From: Candidatus Eiseniibacteriota bacterium
GTDB taxonomy: Bacteria; Eisenbacteria; RBG-16-71-46; CAZEPH01
DNA length: 33,752 bases
Direction: 5' to 3'
Assembly: GCA_044229145.1 (NCBI GenBank)
Contig: JBGATO010000041.1
Location: forward strand, 1-33,752
Both the position numbers and the translations under genes were made by a program. Position 1 is the stretch's first letter, and every line of letters begins with the position of its first letter. The notes beneath the pieces are model-generated. The model did not search any database. It was not told the origin of the DNA and was given only the letters and a program-made list of their open reading frames with translations. This document shows, in pieces, positions 14,167 to 23,254 of this stretch.

Positions 14167-16077
14167 ATGAAATTCCGAGTGTCAGCCCTGCTGCTTGCGG
14201 GCGCCCTGCTCGGGTCCGTGGCGACGAGCTACGGACAGGCCACGCGTCAGGACGCGGTGTGGGCGCGTTCGACCGCAGGAGCGCATATCACCATGGACGG
14301 CCGGCTCAACGAGACCGCGTGGTCGAAGGCCGAGTCCGTCATCGTGAAGTACCGCGTCAACGCTGGGAATCCCGGCTCTGGCTGGAAGGAAGAAGGCGGC
14401 ATCCTCGCCAAGGACTCGACGCTCGCCACGTTGAAGTTCCTTACCGACGGCGACACGCTGTGGCTTGGCGCCTACGTGCGCGACAAGTCCATCGGCGGTG
14501 ACTTGACGTTCAACCGGTTCGACGGACTGCTCATGCAGTTGAAGAACCACGCGACCACCGGACGCCCGGCACTGCCGGACGAATACTTCTACTCGTGGTG
14601 GTGGCAGGGCAGCTCGACACCGACCGCGGTCGGCAAGCTCCCCGGCTTCGCCGGCAAGTGGGCGCAGCCGTTCCCGGACACCGCGCGCACGGCGGAGATG
14701 ATCCAGAACTGGGACGCCCGCACGCTGGTCGACGGCATCAGCAACAGCGACACCCTCACCGACGTCGGCTACACCGTCGAGATGAAGTTCTCGCTGGTGC
14801 CCGAGGGCTACCACATCACGGATGCCGGCGGCGACATCGTCGAGTGGGGCATCTCGATCTACGACTGCGACTACTATTGGCCGCTCAACATCTCGAAGTT
14901 CTCGTCGAACCGCACGTGGTGGGAAAGCCCGTGGGGCAACGCGATGTGGTTCTCGCAAGTGCAGGTGCGCTGCCGTCCGGACATCACCATCAATTCGGGC
15001 GCCGTCCCGTTCATCCAGCCGGACGTGCGCATCCCGAACACCGGCAGCGGCTATGCGGCCCCGTCGATCGACGGCTTCCTCACCGAGCCGGTGTGGGCGG
15101 TGACGCCGGGCTTCGACATCCGCTACGGCGACGACGCGCTGCGCGCGAGCTACGGCGGTGTCGGCCAGTGGCGCTCCGGGCAGTACCAGCCGCCGGTCAA
15201 CGGTGGCACCGCCGCGGTGCTCGACCCCGGCGACGCGACGGTCAAGATGTTCACCAAGGCCGACACGCTCTTCCTGGGTTTCGACGTGCGCGACCAGGTC
15301 GTGCAGTACGTCAACTCGTGGGACCGTCAGGACGGCTTCACCATCGCGCTGGTCGACCCGTCGAAGAAGGGCGCGGACAACCAGCTGTACGTGCGGCGCC
15401 TCACGTTCGTGGTCGGCAGTGATGGCAACGCGCTGGCGCTCGACCAACTGATCGGCGTGCGCGACACGCTCGGCGCGGCGCGCGTCAGCCTCAAGCTCAA
15501 GGCCGGCACCACGGTCGACACGCTCGGCCTGTCGGCGGACACCGGCTACACGGCGGAACTCGCGCTCGACCTGCACAAGCTCGGATACGCGAGCGGGCTC
15601 GGCGACGGCACGCTGTGGATCGGCGTCGACCTGCTCGACGGCGACAGCTTCACACCGTTCACCGACTCGTATGGCACGCGCACCTGGTGGTATCGCGAAC
15701 ACGAAGGCCAGTGCTGCCCGCCGTGGGCGTACATGGACCCGAGCTACACGCTCACCGGCGTCGGCGATCCGGCGGCCGCCGAGGGCCCGCGCTTCGCGCT
15801 GCGCGGCGTGGCACAGAACCCGGTGCCGCCATCGGTGACACCGAGCATCCGCTACGCGCTCGACAAGATGGGCGACGTGCGGCTCGACGTGTACGACGTG
15901 CAGGGACGGCTCGTGACCACGCACGATCTCGGTTTGCAGAGCCCGGGCGAGCAGATGACGTTCGTCTACCGCAAGGGCTGGGCGGCCGGCATGTACGCGT
16001 TCCGCATCACGCAAAGCGATCACGTGACCCACAAGGCGATGGGCACGCTGACCGGGAAGTTCATTCTCGCCAACTAA
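14167..16077 (+). CDS. Secreted protein with two CBM9/DOMON-like sugar-binding domains and a T9SS type A/FlgD-like C-terminal domain
   Basis: Signal peptide; two repeats starting 'ITMDGRLNETAW' and 'PSIDGFLTEPVW', each later containing 'GYT(V/A)E'; CTD 'QNP...IRYAL...VRLDVYDVQGRLV...AAGMY...KFIL'. Confidence 0.75.
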   Translation: MKFRVSALLLAGALLGSVATSYGQATRQDAVWARSTAGAHITMDGRLNETAWSKAESVIVKYRVNAGNPGSGWKEEGGILAKDSTLATLKFLTDGDTLWLGAYVRDKSIGGDLTFNRFDGLLMQLKNHATTGRPALPDEYFYSWWWQGSSTPTAVGKLPGFAGKWAQPFPDTARTAEMIQNWDARTLVDGISNSDTLTDVGYTVEMKFSLVPEGYHITDAGGDIVEWGISIYDCDYYWPLNISKFSSNRTWWESPWGNAMWFSQVQVRCRPDITINSGAVPFIQPDVRIPNTGSGYAAPSIDGFLTEPVWAVTPGFDIRYGDDALRASYGGVGQWRSGQYQPPVNGGTAAVLDPGDATVKMFTKADTLFLGFDVRDQVVQYVNSWDRQDGFTIALVDPSKKGADNQLYVRRLTFVVGSDGNALALDQLIGVRDTLGAARVSLKLKAGTTVDTLGLSADTGYTAELALDLHKLGYASGLGDGTLWIGVDLLDGDSFTPFTDSYGTRTWWYREHEGQCCPPWAYMDPSYTLTGVGDPAAAEGPRFALRGVAQNPVPPSVTPSIRYALDKMGDVRLDVYDVQGRLVTTHDLGLQSPGEQMTFVYRKGWAAGMYAFRITQSDHVTHKAMGTLTGKFILAN

Positions 16078-16088
16078 CGGCGCCACGC

Positions 16089-16118
16089 GCGAGGCGGGCT
16101 CTGCGGAGTCCGCCTCGC
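16089..16118 (+). other. Intergenic stem-loop
   Basis: GCGAGGCGGGCTC-TGCG-GAGTCCGCCTCGC, 13-bp stem; a second hairpin with a GCAA tetraloop lies at 16173-16190. Confidence 0.6.
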
Positions 16119-16218
16119 CGCGTTGACGGGCACACGCACGACACGAGACGACGCGCGTCAGGGACGGCGCGCCGGCGGGGCAACCCGCCGCTCCACTAGC
16201 CCACGGGATGCGGGACGC

Positions 16219-18870
16219 ATGCACCTGACATCGACTCTCGCCCGGCTCGGCGCGGTGTGCGCCGTGCTGGTGACGTGCGCGGGCGCCGCGCTCGCCGGCA
16301 CCACCGGCAAGATCGCCGGCCGCGTGCTGGACGCGAAAACCAAGCAGCCGGTCACCAACGCGACCATCATCCTGGTCGGCGCCAAGCTGGGCGCCACCGT
16401 GGATGACCAGGGCCGCTACGCCATCCTCAACGTGCCGCCCGGCACGTACACGGTGAAGGTGCTGCGCGTCGGCTACAACTCGAACGTCTTCGAAGGCGTG
16501 CGGGTCAATGCCGACAACACGACGCCGCTCGACGCCACGCTCGCCGAGACCGCAGTGCAGGTGCAGGAAATCGTCATCCGCACCAAGCGTCCCGTCGTGA
16601 AGGTGAACCTGACGTCGAACATCGCCACGCTCGATCGCGAGGACATCAAGGCGCTGCCGGTGCAGGAGCTGAACGACGTCGTGAACCTGCAAGCCGGCGT
16701 CGTCGACGGTCACTTCCGCGGCGGCCGCGCCGACGAAGTGCAATATCAAGTCGACGGCGTCAGCGTGAACAACGGTTACAACAACTCGTCGACGGTGAAG
16801 ATCGACCGTTCGCTGCTCGAGGAAGTGCAGGTGATCTCCGGCACCTTCGACGCGGAGTACGGGCAGGCGATGTCCGGCGTCGTCAACGCGGTGCTCCGGC
16901 GCGGCAGCGACCGCTTCAAGGTGGGCGGCGAGGCGTTCCTCGGCGCGTATGCGTATCCCGGCCGCGAATCGGCGCGGCTCGCCGACTACAGCTTCCGCCC
17001 GCAGGCGATCCAGAACTACCAGTTCAACGTCAGCGGCCCCACCGGCCTGCCGCACACGACGTTCCTCGCCAGCGCGCGGCGCTGGCATCTCGACGACTAT
17101 GTGATGGCGGAGAACCGCTTCGTCCCCACCGACAGCTCCAATTTCGAGACGAAGGAGTTCCGTCCGACTGGCGATGGGTCGCGCGAGCCGCTTGGCTACG
17201 AGCGCGAGTGGTCCGGCCTCGGCAAGATCAGCAATCGATCACTCAAGAACATCACCATCGACTATCAAGCGGTGTGGAACGTGCGCGACGGGCGGCGCAG
17301 CTACTACGCGTACCGCTATCTGCCGCAGGCGCTGTCGACGCAGCGGACGTTCTCGATCGTGCACGGCTTCGACATGACGCACACGCTGAACGCCAAGACC
17401 TACTACACGCTGGCGGCGCGCCAGAACTACTTCGACTACCACGACTGGAAGTACGCCGACGTCTACGACCCGCGCTACGACGATGCCGGCGCGCCTCTCG
17501 GCGATCCGTCGTACCACAACGGCGTGCTGATCCAAGGCGTCGACTTCACGCGCTTCGTGCAGAAAACGAACGCGTGGGTGGCGAAGGGGTCGTTCGTCTC
17601 GCAGGTCAATCACGCGAATCTGGTGAAGGTGGGCGGCGAGTTCTCGTTGCCGCGCGTGCAGTTCGGTTCGCCGGGGATCCTCACGTACACGCTGGTCGAT
17701 GGGAAGCTCGCGTTGGTGCGGCACGTCAACGAGCCGCCGGTCTTCCCCGGCGTGCAGACGTACACGCCGCGCACCGGCGCCGCCTTCGCGCAGGATCAGC
17801 TCGAGTGGAAGGACCTCACGGTGCGCGCCGGCCTGCGGCTCGACTACTACGACACGCGCGCCTCGCTGCCGAGCGACCTGGCGAACCCGGCGAACGCCAT
17901 CGAGGGCGCGCCGGAATCGCGCCTGGTGCCGGCGACGGCGAAGACGTCGTGGGCGCCACGGCTCGGCATCTCGTATCCGATTTCGCCGACCTCGGCGTTC
18001 TCGTTCGCGTACGGACACTTCTATCAGATGCCGGCGTTCGGCGACGTCTTCAACAACGCCGACTACACGGTGCTGCGCGACCTGCAGGCCGGCGGCATCA
18101 GCTACGGCGTGCTCGGCAATCCCGACATCAAGCCGGAGCGCACGGTGCAGTATCAGTTCGGCTACAAGTCGGCGCTCCGCGACAACGTCGGCCTCGACGT
18201 CAGCGTGTTCTACAAGGACATCCGCGATCTGCTCGGCGTGGCGTTCATCGAGACGTACAACGGCGCCGAGTACGCGCGCCTCACCAATGTCGACTTCGGC
18301 AGCGTGCTCGGGTTCACGGTGTCGCTCGACCAGCGGCAGTTCGGCATCCTGAGCACGGCGTTCGATTACACGTGGCAAATGGCGCGCGGCAATGCGTCGG
18401 ACCCGCGCGAGACGGCAACCCGCGCCGCGGCCGGCGAAGACCCGCGGCCGCGCGAGGTGCCGCTCAACTGGGATCAGCGCAACACGCTCAACGCGACGAT
18501 CACGCTCGCGCAACCGAAGACGTGGTCGGTGAGCACCATCGCGCGGCTCGGCAGCGGACAGCCGTACACGCCGTCGATCAGCCTGGTGTTCGGGGGCGGT
18601 CTCGAGGCGAACAGCGGCCGCAAGCCGACGTCGTTCACCGCCGACATGAACGCGCAGCGCTTCGTGAAGTGGAAGGGCGGCGCGTGGTCGCTGTTCCTGC
18701 GCGGCCACAACCTGTTTGACGCGCGCTACTTCAATGGCTTCGTGTTCGCCAACACCGGCAGCCCCTACTATTCGCGCACGCCCAACACCGACCGCAACGC
18801 ACTCGAGGACCCGACGCGCTTCTTCGCGCCGCGGCGGTTCGAATGCGGCGTGTCGCTGAGCATGGACTGA
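16219..18870 (+). CDS. TonB-dependent receptor with N-terminal carboxypeptidase-regulatory-like domain
   Basis: Signal peptide; 'GTTGKIAGRVLD...G.Y.ILNVPPGTY'; plug 'HFRGGR..EV.Y.VDG...EVQVISGTFDAEYGQAMSGVVN'; barrel motifs 'PRLGISYPI', 'GNPDIKPE.T' and 'NLFD'. Confidence 0.95.
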   Translation: MHLTSTLARLGAVCAVLVTCAGAALAGTTGKIAGRVLDAKTKQPVTNATIILVGAKLGATVDDQGRYAILNVPPGTYTVKVLRVGYNSNVFEGVRVNADNTTPLDATLAETAVQVQEIVIRTKRPVVKVNLTSNIATLDREDIKALPVQELNDVVNLQAGVVDGHFRGGRADEVQYQVDGVSVNNGYNNSSTVKIDRSLLEEVQVISGTFDAEYGQAMSGVVNAVLRRGSDRFKVGGEAFLGAYAYPGRESARLADYSFRPQAIQNYQFNVSGPTGLPHTTFLASARRWHLDDYVMAENRFVPTDSSNFETKEFRPTGDGSREPLGYEREWSGLGKISNRSLKNITIDYQAVWNVRDGRRSYYAYRYLPQALSTQRTFSIVHGFDMTHTLNAKTYYTLAARQNYFDYHDWKYADVYDPRYDDAGAPLGDPSYHNGVLIQGVDFTRFVQKTNAWVAKGSFVSQVNHANLVKVGGEFSLPRVQFGSPGILTYTLVDGKLALVRHVNEPPVFPGVQTYTPRTGAAFAQDQLEWKDLTVRAGLRLDYYDTRASLPSDLANPANAIEGAPESRLVPATAKTSWAPRLGISYPISPTSAFSFAYGHFYQMPAFGDVFNNADYTVLRDLQAGGISYGVLGNPDIKPERTVQYQFGYKSALRDNVGLDVSVFYKDIRDLLGVAFIETYNGAEYARLTNVDFGSVLGFTVSLDQRQFGILSTAFDYTWQMARGNASDPRETATRAAAGEDPRPREVPLNWDQRNTLNATITLAQPKTWSVSTIARLGSGQPYTPSISLVFGGGLEANSGRKPTSFTADMNAQRFVKWKGGAWSLFLRGHNLFDARYFNGFVFANTGSPYYSRTPNTDRNALEDPTRFFAPRRFECGVSLSMD

Positions 18871-18920
18871 TGGGCACGCACGCGGCGTCGCGTCGCACCA
18901 GGGAACGAGGACTCGACACG

Positions 18921-21900
18921 ATGACACTGTCTCGCACGCTGGCCGCCGCGGCACTCGCGCTCGCATTGGCGCCGCGCGTCGACGCCGGCGTTCCGACGCC
19001 GGTGCCCAAGGCACAGCGCGGCCGCCTGGATGCCGAACGCTCCGGCACGCACGACGCTTCCAACATCCGCACCATCTTCTGGAACTACGGCATGGTGGGC
19101 GACTATCCCGCCGATCCGCTCGGCGTCGACCTCACCGTCTTCCACTCGGCGGAGGCGCCGAAGGGCAGCGGCATGAACTACAGCGACGGCGTCACGCCGT
19201 TCGTGCTCGCCAAGATCAAGCAGGGCGAAGCGGCCGGCGGCGACAGCGCGTACATCATGGAAACCGGCTTCCGCGAGCGCCAAGCGCTCAGCCCGTACTC
19301 GAACAAGGTGATGCGCTTCGAGCCGCGGCCCGGCTACATGCAAGCCGACCCGCGCATCAACAAGGGCCGCTCGCCGGCCATCAGCAACGACCCGCGCACC
19401 TGGCCCACCTCATGGCCCGACAAACTCGACGACACCGACGATCCCGGCTGGCCGGGCGCCTGGAACGGCTACTTCGGCAAGCGTCCCGCCGCCGATCAAG
19501 AGTCGTACACGGTGATGGACGACGACTTCTACGACGCCTGGGTCTACAACGCCGACTCGCGCGACTCGACCCGTCACGGCCTCGGCCTGCGGGTCGAAGT
19601 GCGCGGCTTCCAGTGGGCGAACCCGCAAGCCGGCAACGTGATCTTCTGGCACTACGACATCACGAACGAATCCACCACCGACTACGACAAGAACATCATC
19701 TTCGGTCTGTACATGGACTCCGGCGTCGGCGGCCCGGCGCTGTCGTGCGACAAGATCGCCGAGTCCGACGACGACAACGCGTTCTACGATCCCTCGCGGC
19801 TCAATCTCGTCTACACGTGGGACAACAAGGGCACCGGTGTCGACTTGAGCGGCGACTGTTCGCGCACCGGCTACATGGGCTACGCCTACCTCGAAACGCC
19901 GGGCAATCCGTTCGACGCCCAGGACAACGACAAGGACGGCATCACCGACGAGAAGCGCGACTCGGGCCCGGGCGAGAAGATCGAGGGCAAGGCGGCGATC
20001 GAAGCCTACGTCCGCGCGCACTACGACCTCGCCAAGTTCGAGGACACCTACGGCCCGCTGACCGCGCGCCCTGCCTACAAGGCCGGCGTGTGGTGGACCG
20101 GCGACGAAGACATGGACTGGATCGCCGACCTGCACGACACCGGCGCCGACGGCGTGTGGGACACCCACGACACCGGGGAAGGCGACGGCATCCCGACCGC
20201 GGGCGAGGCCGACTTCGACAAGACCGACCTCAACGAGTCGGACCAAATCGGGCTCACCGGCTTCAAGATGAACCGCATCAAGGCGGCGCAGGAGAACCCC
20301 GACCAGACGGTCGACGGCGTCATTTTCTATGAAGGCGACGGCACCAACTGGCCGGCGCGTCTGTTCGCCAAGTTCAACGATCCGAATCCGGCGAACCGCT
20401 TCGACCCGCCGCTGGCGAGCAACTACAACATCGGCTTCCTGTTCGCGAGCGGGCCGTTCACGTTGCGCGCCGGACAGACCGAACGCTTCTCGCTGGCATT
20501 GGCGTACGGCGCCGACCTCACCGACCTGCGCTCGACGATCAACACGGTGCAGCAGATCTACAACGCCAACTATCAATTCGCGGTGCCGCCGACGCTGCCG
20601 ACGCTGCACGCGGATGCCGGCGACCACAAGGTCACGTTGTCGTGGGACGAAGTCGCCGAGCGCTCGATCGACCCGGTGACGTACACCAGCGACTTCGAAG
20701 GCTACCGCATCTACCGCTCGACCGATCCCGAGTTCCGCGACCCGCAGCTGGTCTCCACCGGCCGCGGCACCGGTCCCTTCGGCAACGGCAAGCCGATCGC
20801 GCAGTTCGACCTCGCGGACGAAAAGCGCGGCTTCTCGCGCATCGGCGTGCAGGGCGTGCAGTACTGGCTCGGCGACGACACCGGCATCACGCACACCTGG
20901 ACCGACACCACGGTCACCAATGGCCAGGACTACTATTACGCGGTTTGCGCCTACGACTATGGCTTCGACACCGGATCGGACTCGACGTCGTTCTATCCGT
21001 CGGAGAACGCGATCACGGTGAGCCGCACGTTGCGCGGCGGGACGATCTTGCCGACCAACGTCGTGCATGTCCGGCCGAATCCGCGCGTGCCGGGTTACGT
21101 CGAGGCGATGGCCGGCGCGCCGGTTCGCGTCGGCGGCCGCGGCGAAGGCACCGTCGAGATGCGCGTGGTGTCGTCGCCGGACGTGCCGGACGGCCACGTG
21201 CTGCGACTCGCGTTCCAAGCGCCGGCGCCGGAGAGCTTGCGCGCGACGACGTACACACTCACCGACACCACGACGCACGAATTGCTCTTCAAGGGCGGCC
21301 ACGACCTCGAAGGTCTCGGCATCGGCCCGGTGGGCGCGGGCGTGTTGCCGGTGGTCAGCAATCCGGCGCAGGTCGAGATCGCCGCGACCTCGGGCTGGGC
21401 GTCGAGCAGTCCGCACCAGCCGCGCATGCGCGTCACCTATCAGCCGGTGCTCTCACGCAATCTCAAGCGGCCGAACTTCCCCGAGGACTTCAGCGTCGAG
21501 TTCGACAACGTGACGCGCGACACGTCGCTGTTCGTCTTCCCGCGCGCGCCGATTCCGATGAAGTACCGCGTCATCGCGCACACGCCGGACGGTGACCGGC
21601 AGCTCGACTTCCGCGTATCGGAGAGTTCGTCCGGTGCCGCCAAGGACAGCACGTTGTCGAAGGCGGGCGAGTACATCGACATCGTCACCTACGATCCGGC
21701 GGCGCCGTTGGTGCCGGCGGTGACGTGGCGCGTCGAGTTCGATCCGTCGATGCGCGATACCATCGTCAAGCTCGGCGCCGGCGACCGCTACGACGTGCAC
21801 CTGACGCGGCCGTTCGCGGCCGACGACGCCTTCGTGCTCACCACGACAGGCGCCACCGTGAGCGGCAGCAAGGCGAGCGCGGAGTGGGCGGAGAAGCCGT

Positions 21901-22199
21901 ACGTGGTGCCGAATCCGTACGTCGGCGCGGCGAGCTTCGAGCCGGCGCGCTTCGGCGTCAGCGGCCGCGGCGAACGCCGCATGGAGTTCCGCGCCATGCC
22001 GCGGAACGCCACCGTTCGCATCTACACGGTGCGCGGTCAGCTGGTGCGCACGCTCACGCAGGACGGCTCGTTCGAGGGCAAGGTCGCGTGGGATCTGCGC
22101 ACCAAGGACAACCTCGACGTCGCGCCGGGGCTGTACATCTATCACGTCGACGCGCCGTCGCTCGGCACCTATGTCGGCAAGTTCGCGGTGATCAAGTGA
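18921..22199 (+). CDS. Large secreted protein with Ca-binding DxDxDG motifs, an FN3-like domain and a T9SS-like C-terminal domain
   Basis: GAGGA RBS; signal peptide; 'DNDKDGITDE' and 'DTGADG...DTGEGDG'; FN3-like 'AGDHKVTLSWD...DFEGYRIYRS...TD.TV.NGQDYYYAVCAYD'; CTD 'VVPNPY...VRIYTVRGQLVRTL...WDL...VAPGLYIYHV...GKFAVIK'. Confidence 0.8.
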   Translation: MTLSRTLAAAALALALAPRVDAGVPTPVPKAQRGRLDAERSGTHDASNIRTIFWNYGMVGDYPADPLGVDLTVFHSAEAPKGSGMNYSDGVTPFVLAKIKQGEAAGGDSAYIMETGFRERQALSPYSNKVMRFEPRPGYMQADPRINKGRSPAISNDPRTWPTSWPDKLDDTDDPGWPGAWNGYFGKRPAADQESYTVMDDDFYDAWVYNADSRDSTRHGLGLRVEVRGFQWANPQAGNVIFWHYDITNESTTDYDKNIIFGLYMDSGVGGPALSCDKIAESDDDNAFYDPSRLNLVYTWDNKGTGVDLSGDCSRTGYMGYAYLETPGNPFDAQDNDKDGITDEKRDSGPGEKIEGKAAIEAYVRAHYDLAKFEDTYGPLTARPAYKAGVWWTGDEDMDWIADLHDTGADGVWDTHDTGEGDGIPTAGEADFDKTDLNESDQIGLTGFKMNRIKAAQENPDQTVDGVIFYEGDGTNWPARLFAKFNDPNPANRFDPPLASNYNIGFLFASGPFTLRAGQTERFSLALAYGADLTDLRSTINTVQQIYNANYQFAVPPTLPTLHADAGDHKVTLSWDEVAERSIDPVTYTSDFEGYRIYRSTDPEFRDPQLVSTGRGTGPFGNGKPIAQFDLADEKRGFSRIGVQGVQYWLGDDTGITHTWTDTTVTNGQDYYYAVCAYDYGFDTGSDSTSFYPSENAITVSRTLRGGTILPTNVVHVRPNPRVPGYVEAMAGAPVRVGGRGEGTVEMRVVSSPDVPDGHVLRLAFQAPAPESLRATTYTLTDTTTHELLFKGGHDLEGLGIGPVGAGVLPVVSNPAQVEIAATSGWASSSPHQPRMRVTYQPVLSRNLKRPNFPEDFSVEFDNVTRDTSLFVFPRAPIPMKYRVIAHTPDGDRQLDFRVSESSSGAAKDSTLSKAGEYIDIVTYDPAAPLVPAVTWRVEFDPSMRDTIVKLGAGDRYDVHLTRPFAADDAFVLTTTGATVSGSKASAEWAEKPYVVPNPYVGAASFEPARFGVSGRGERRMEFRAMPRNATVRIYTVRGQLVRTLTQDGSFEGKVAWDLRTKDNLDVAPGLYIYHVDAPSLGTYVGKFAVIK

Positions 22200-22216
22200 C
22201 GGAGAGGAGACGCGCC

Positions 22217-23239
22217 ATGACCCGCACCGCTTCGCACGTCGTCCTCGCCGTGGCGTTCGCCGCGGCCGTCGCGCCGGCGGCCCACGCGCAGTCGAAGACC
22301 GGGACGGCGATCGGCCAGTTCCTGCTCATCGAGCCCAGCGCACGCGCCGCCGGCATGGGCAACGCCGGCGTGTCGCTGTTCAACGGCCTGCAAGGCGTCT
22401 ACTACAACCCGGCGGCCATCGGCAGCTTGTCGAGGCACGAGGCGATGTTCAGCCACAGCGGCTGGCTGGCCGGCATGACGTATGATTACGTGGCGGCGGC
22501 CATCCCGTGCGGCATCGACAAAGGCCTGGCGTACGCCACCGTCACCGCGCTCGGCAGCGGCGACATCGACGTGCGCACCGTCGGCCAGCCCGGCGGCACC
22601 GGCGAGAAGTACTCGGTGGGCGACGTCGCCGTGACGCTCGGCTACGGCAAGCAGATGTCCTATCGCTTCAGCGCCGGCGGGCAGGTGGCGTTCGTCCAGG
22701 AGACGATCTGGCACAGCAGCGCCAGCGCCTTCGCGGTCAGCGCCGGGACGATCTATCGCATCAGCGAGAACGGCCTGCACGTCGGTGCCAGCTTCTCGAA
22801 CTTCGGCACGCGGGCGCGGTTCGACGGCCGCGACCTGCGCATCACCTACGACGAAGATCCGGACCGCTACGGCGACAACGGCCAGCTGCCCGGCTCGATC
22901 TTCACCGAGTCGTTCGCGCTGCCGTCGCTGTTCCGCGTCGGCGCGCACATGCCGATCGCGCTGTCGAAGGGCGCCGTGGTGCGGGTCGCGGTGGACGCGC
23001 TGCACCCGAGCGACAACTCGGAGTCGGTCAACGCCGGCGCCGAACTCGCGGTGCGCGGCCGCCTGTCGCTGCGCGCCGGCTACCAAGGCCTGTTCCAGAC
23101 CGACCGCGAAACCGGCCTCACCGCCGGCGTCGGCCTGGCGGGCGACACCGATGTCCTGTCGTACACTCTCGACTACACGTGGGCGGATCAGGGCCGGCTC
23201 GGCTCGGTCCACCGCCTGAGCGTCGGGACGACGTTCTAA
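22217..23239 (+). CDS. PorV/PorQ-family outer-membrane beta-barrel
   Basis: AGGAGA RBS; signal peptide; 'QFLLIEPSARAAGMGNA...YYNPA'; 'LP..FRVG'; 'LSLRAGY'; terminal Phe. Confidence 0.88.
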   Translation: MTRTASHVVLAVAFAAAVAPAAHAQSKTGTAIGQFLLIEPSARAAGMGNAGVSLFNGLQGVYYNPAAIGSLSRHEAMFSHSGWLAGMTYDYVAAAIPCGIDKGLAYATVTALGSGDIDVRTVGQPGGTGEKYSVGDVAVTLGYGKQMSYRFSAGGQVAFVQETIWHSSASAFAVSAGTIYRISENGLHVGASFSNFGTRARFDGRDLRITYDEDPDRYGDNGQLPGSIFTESFALPSLFRVGAHMPIALSKGAVVRVAVDALHPSDNSESVNAGAELAVRGRLSLRAGYQGLFQTDRETGLTAGVGLAGDTDVLSYTLDYTWADQGRLGSVHRLSVGTTF

Positions 23240-23254
23240 CCCCTCGAGGTCACC

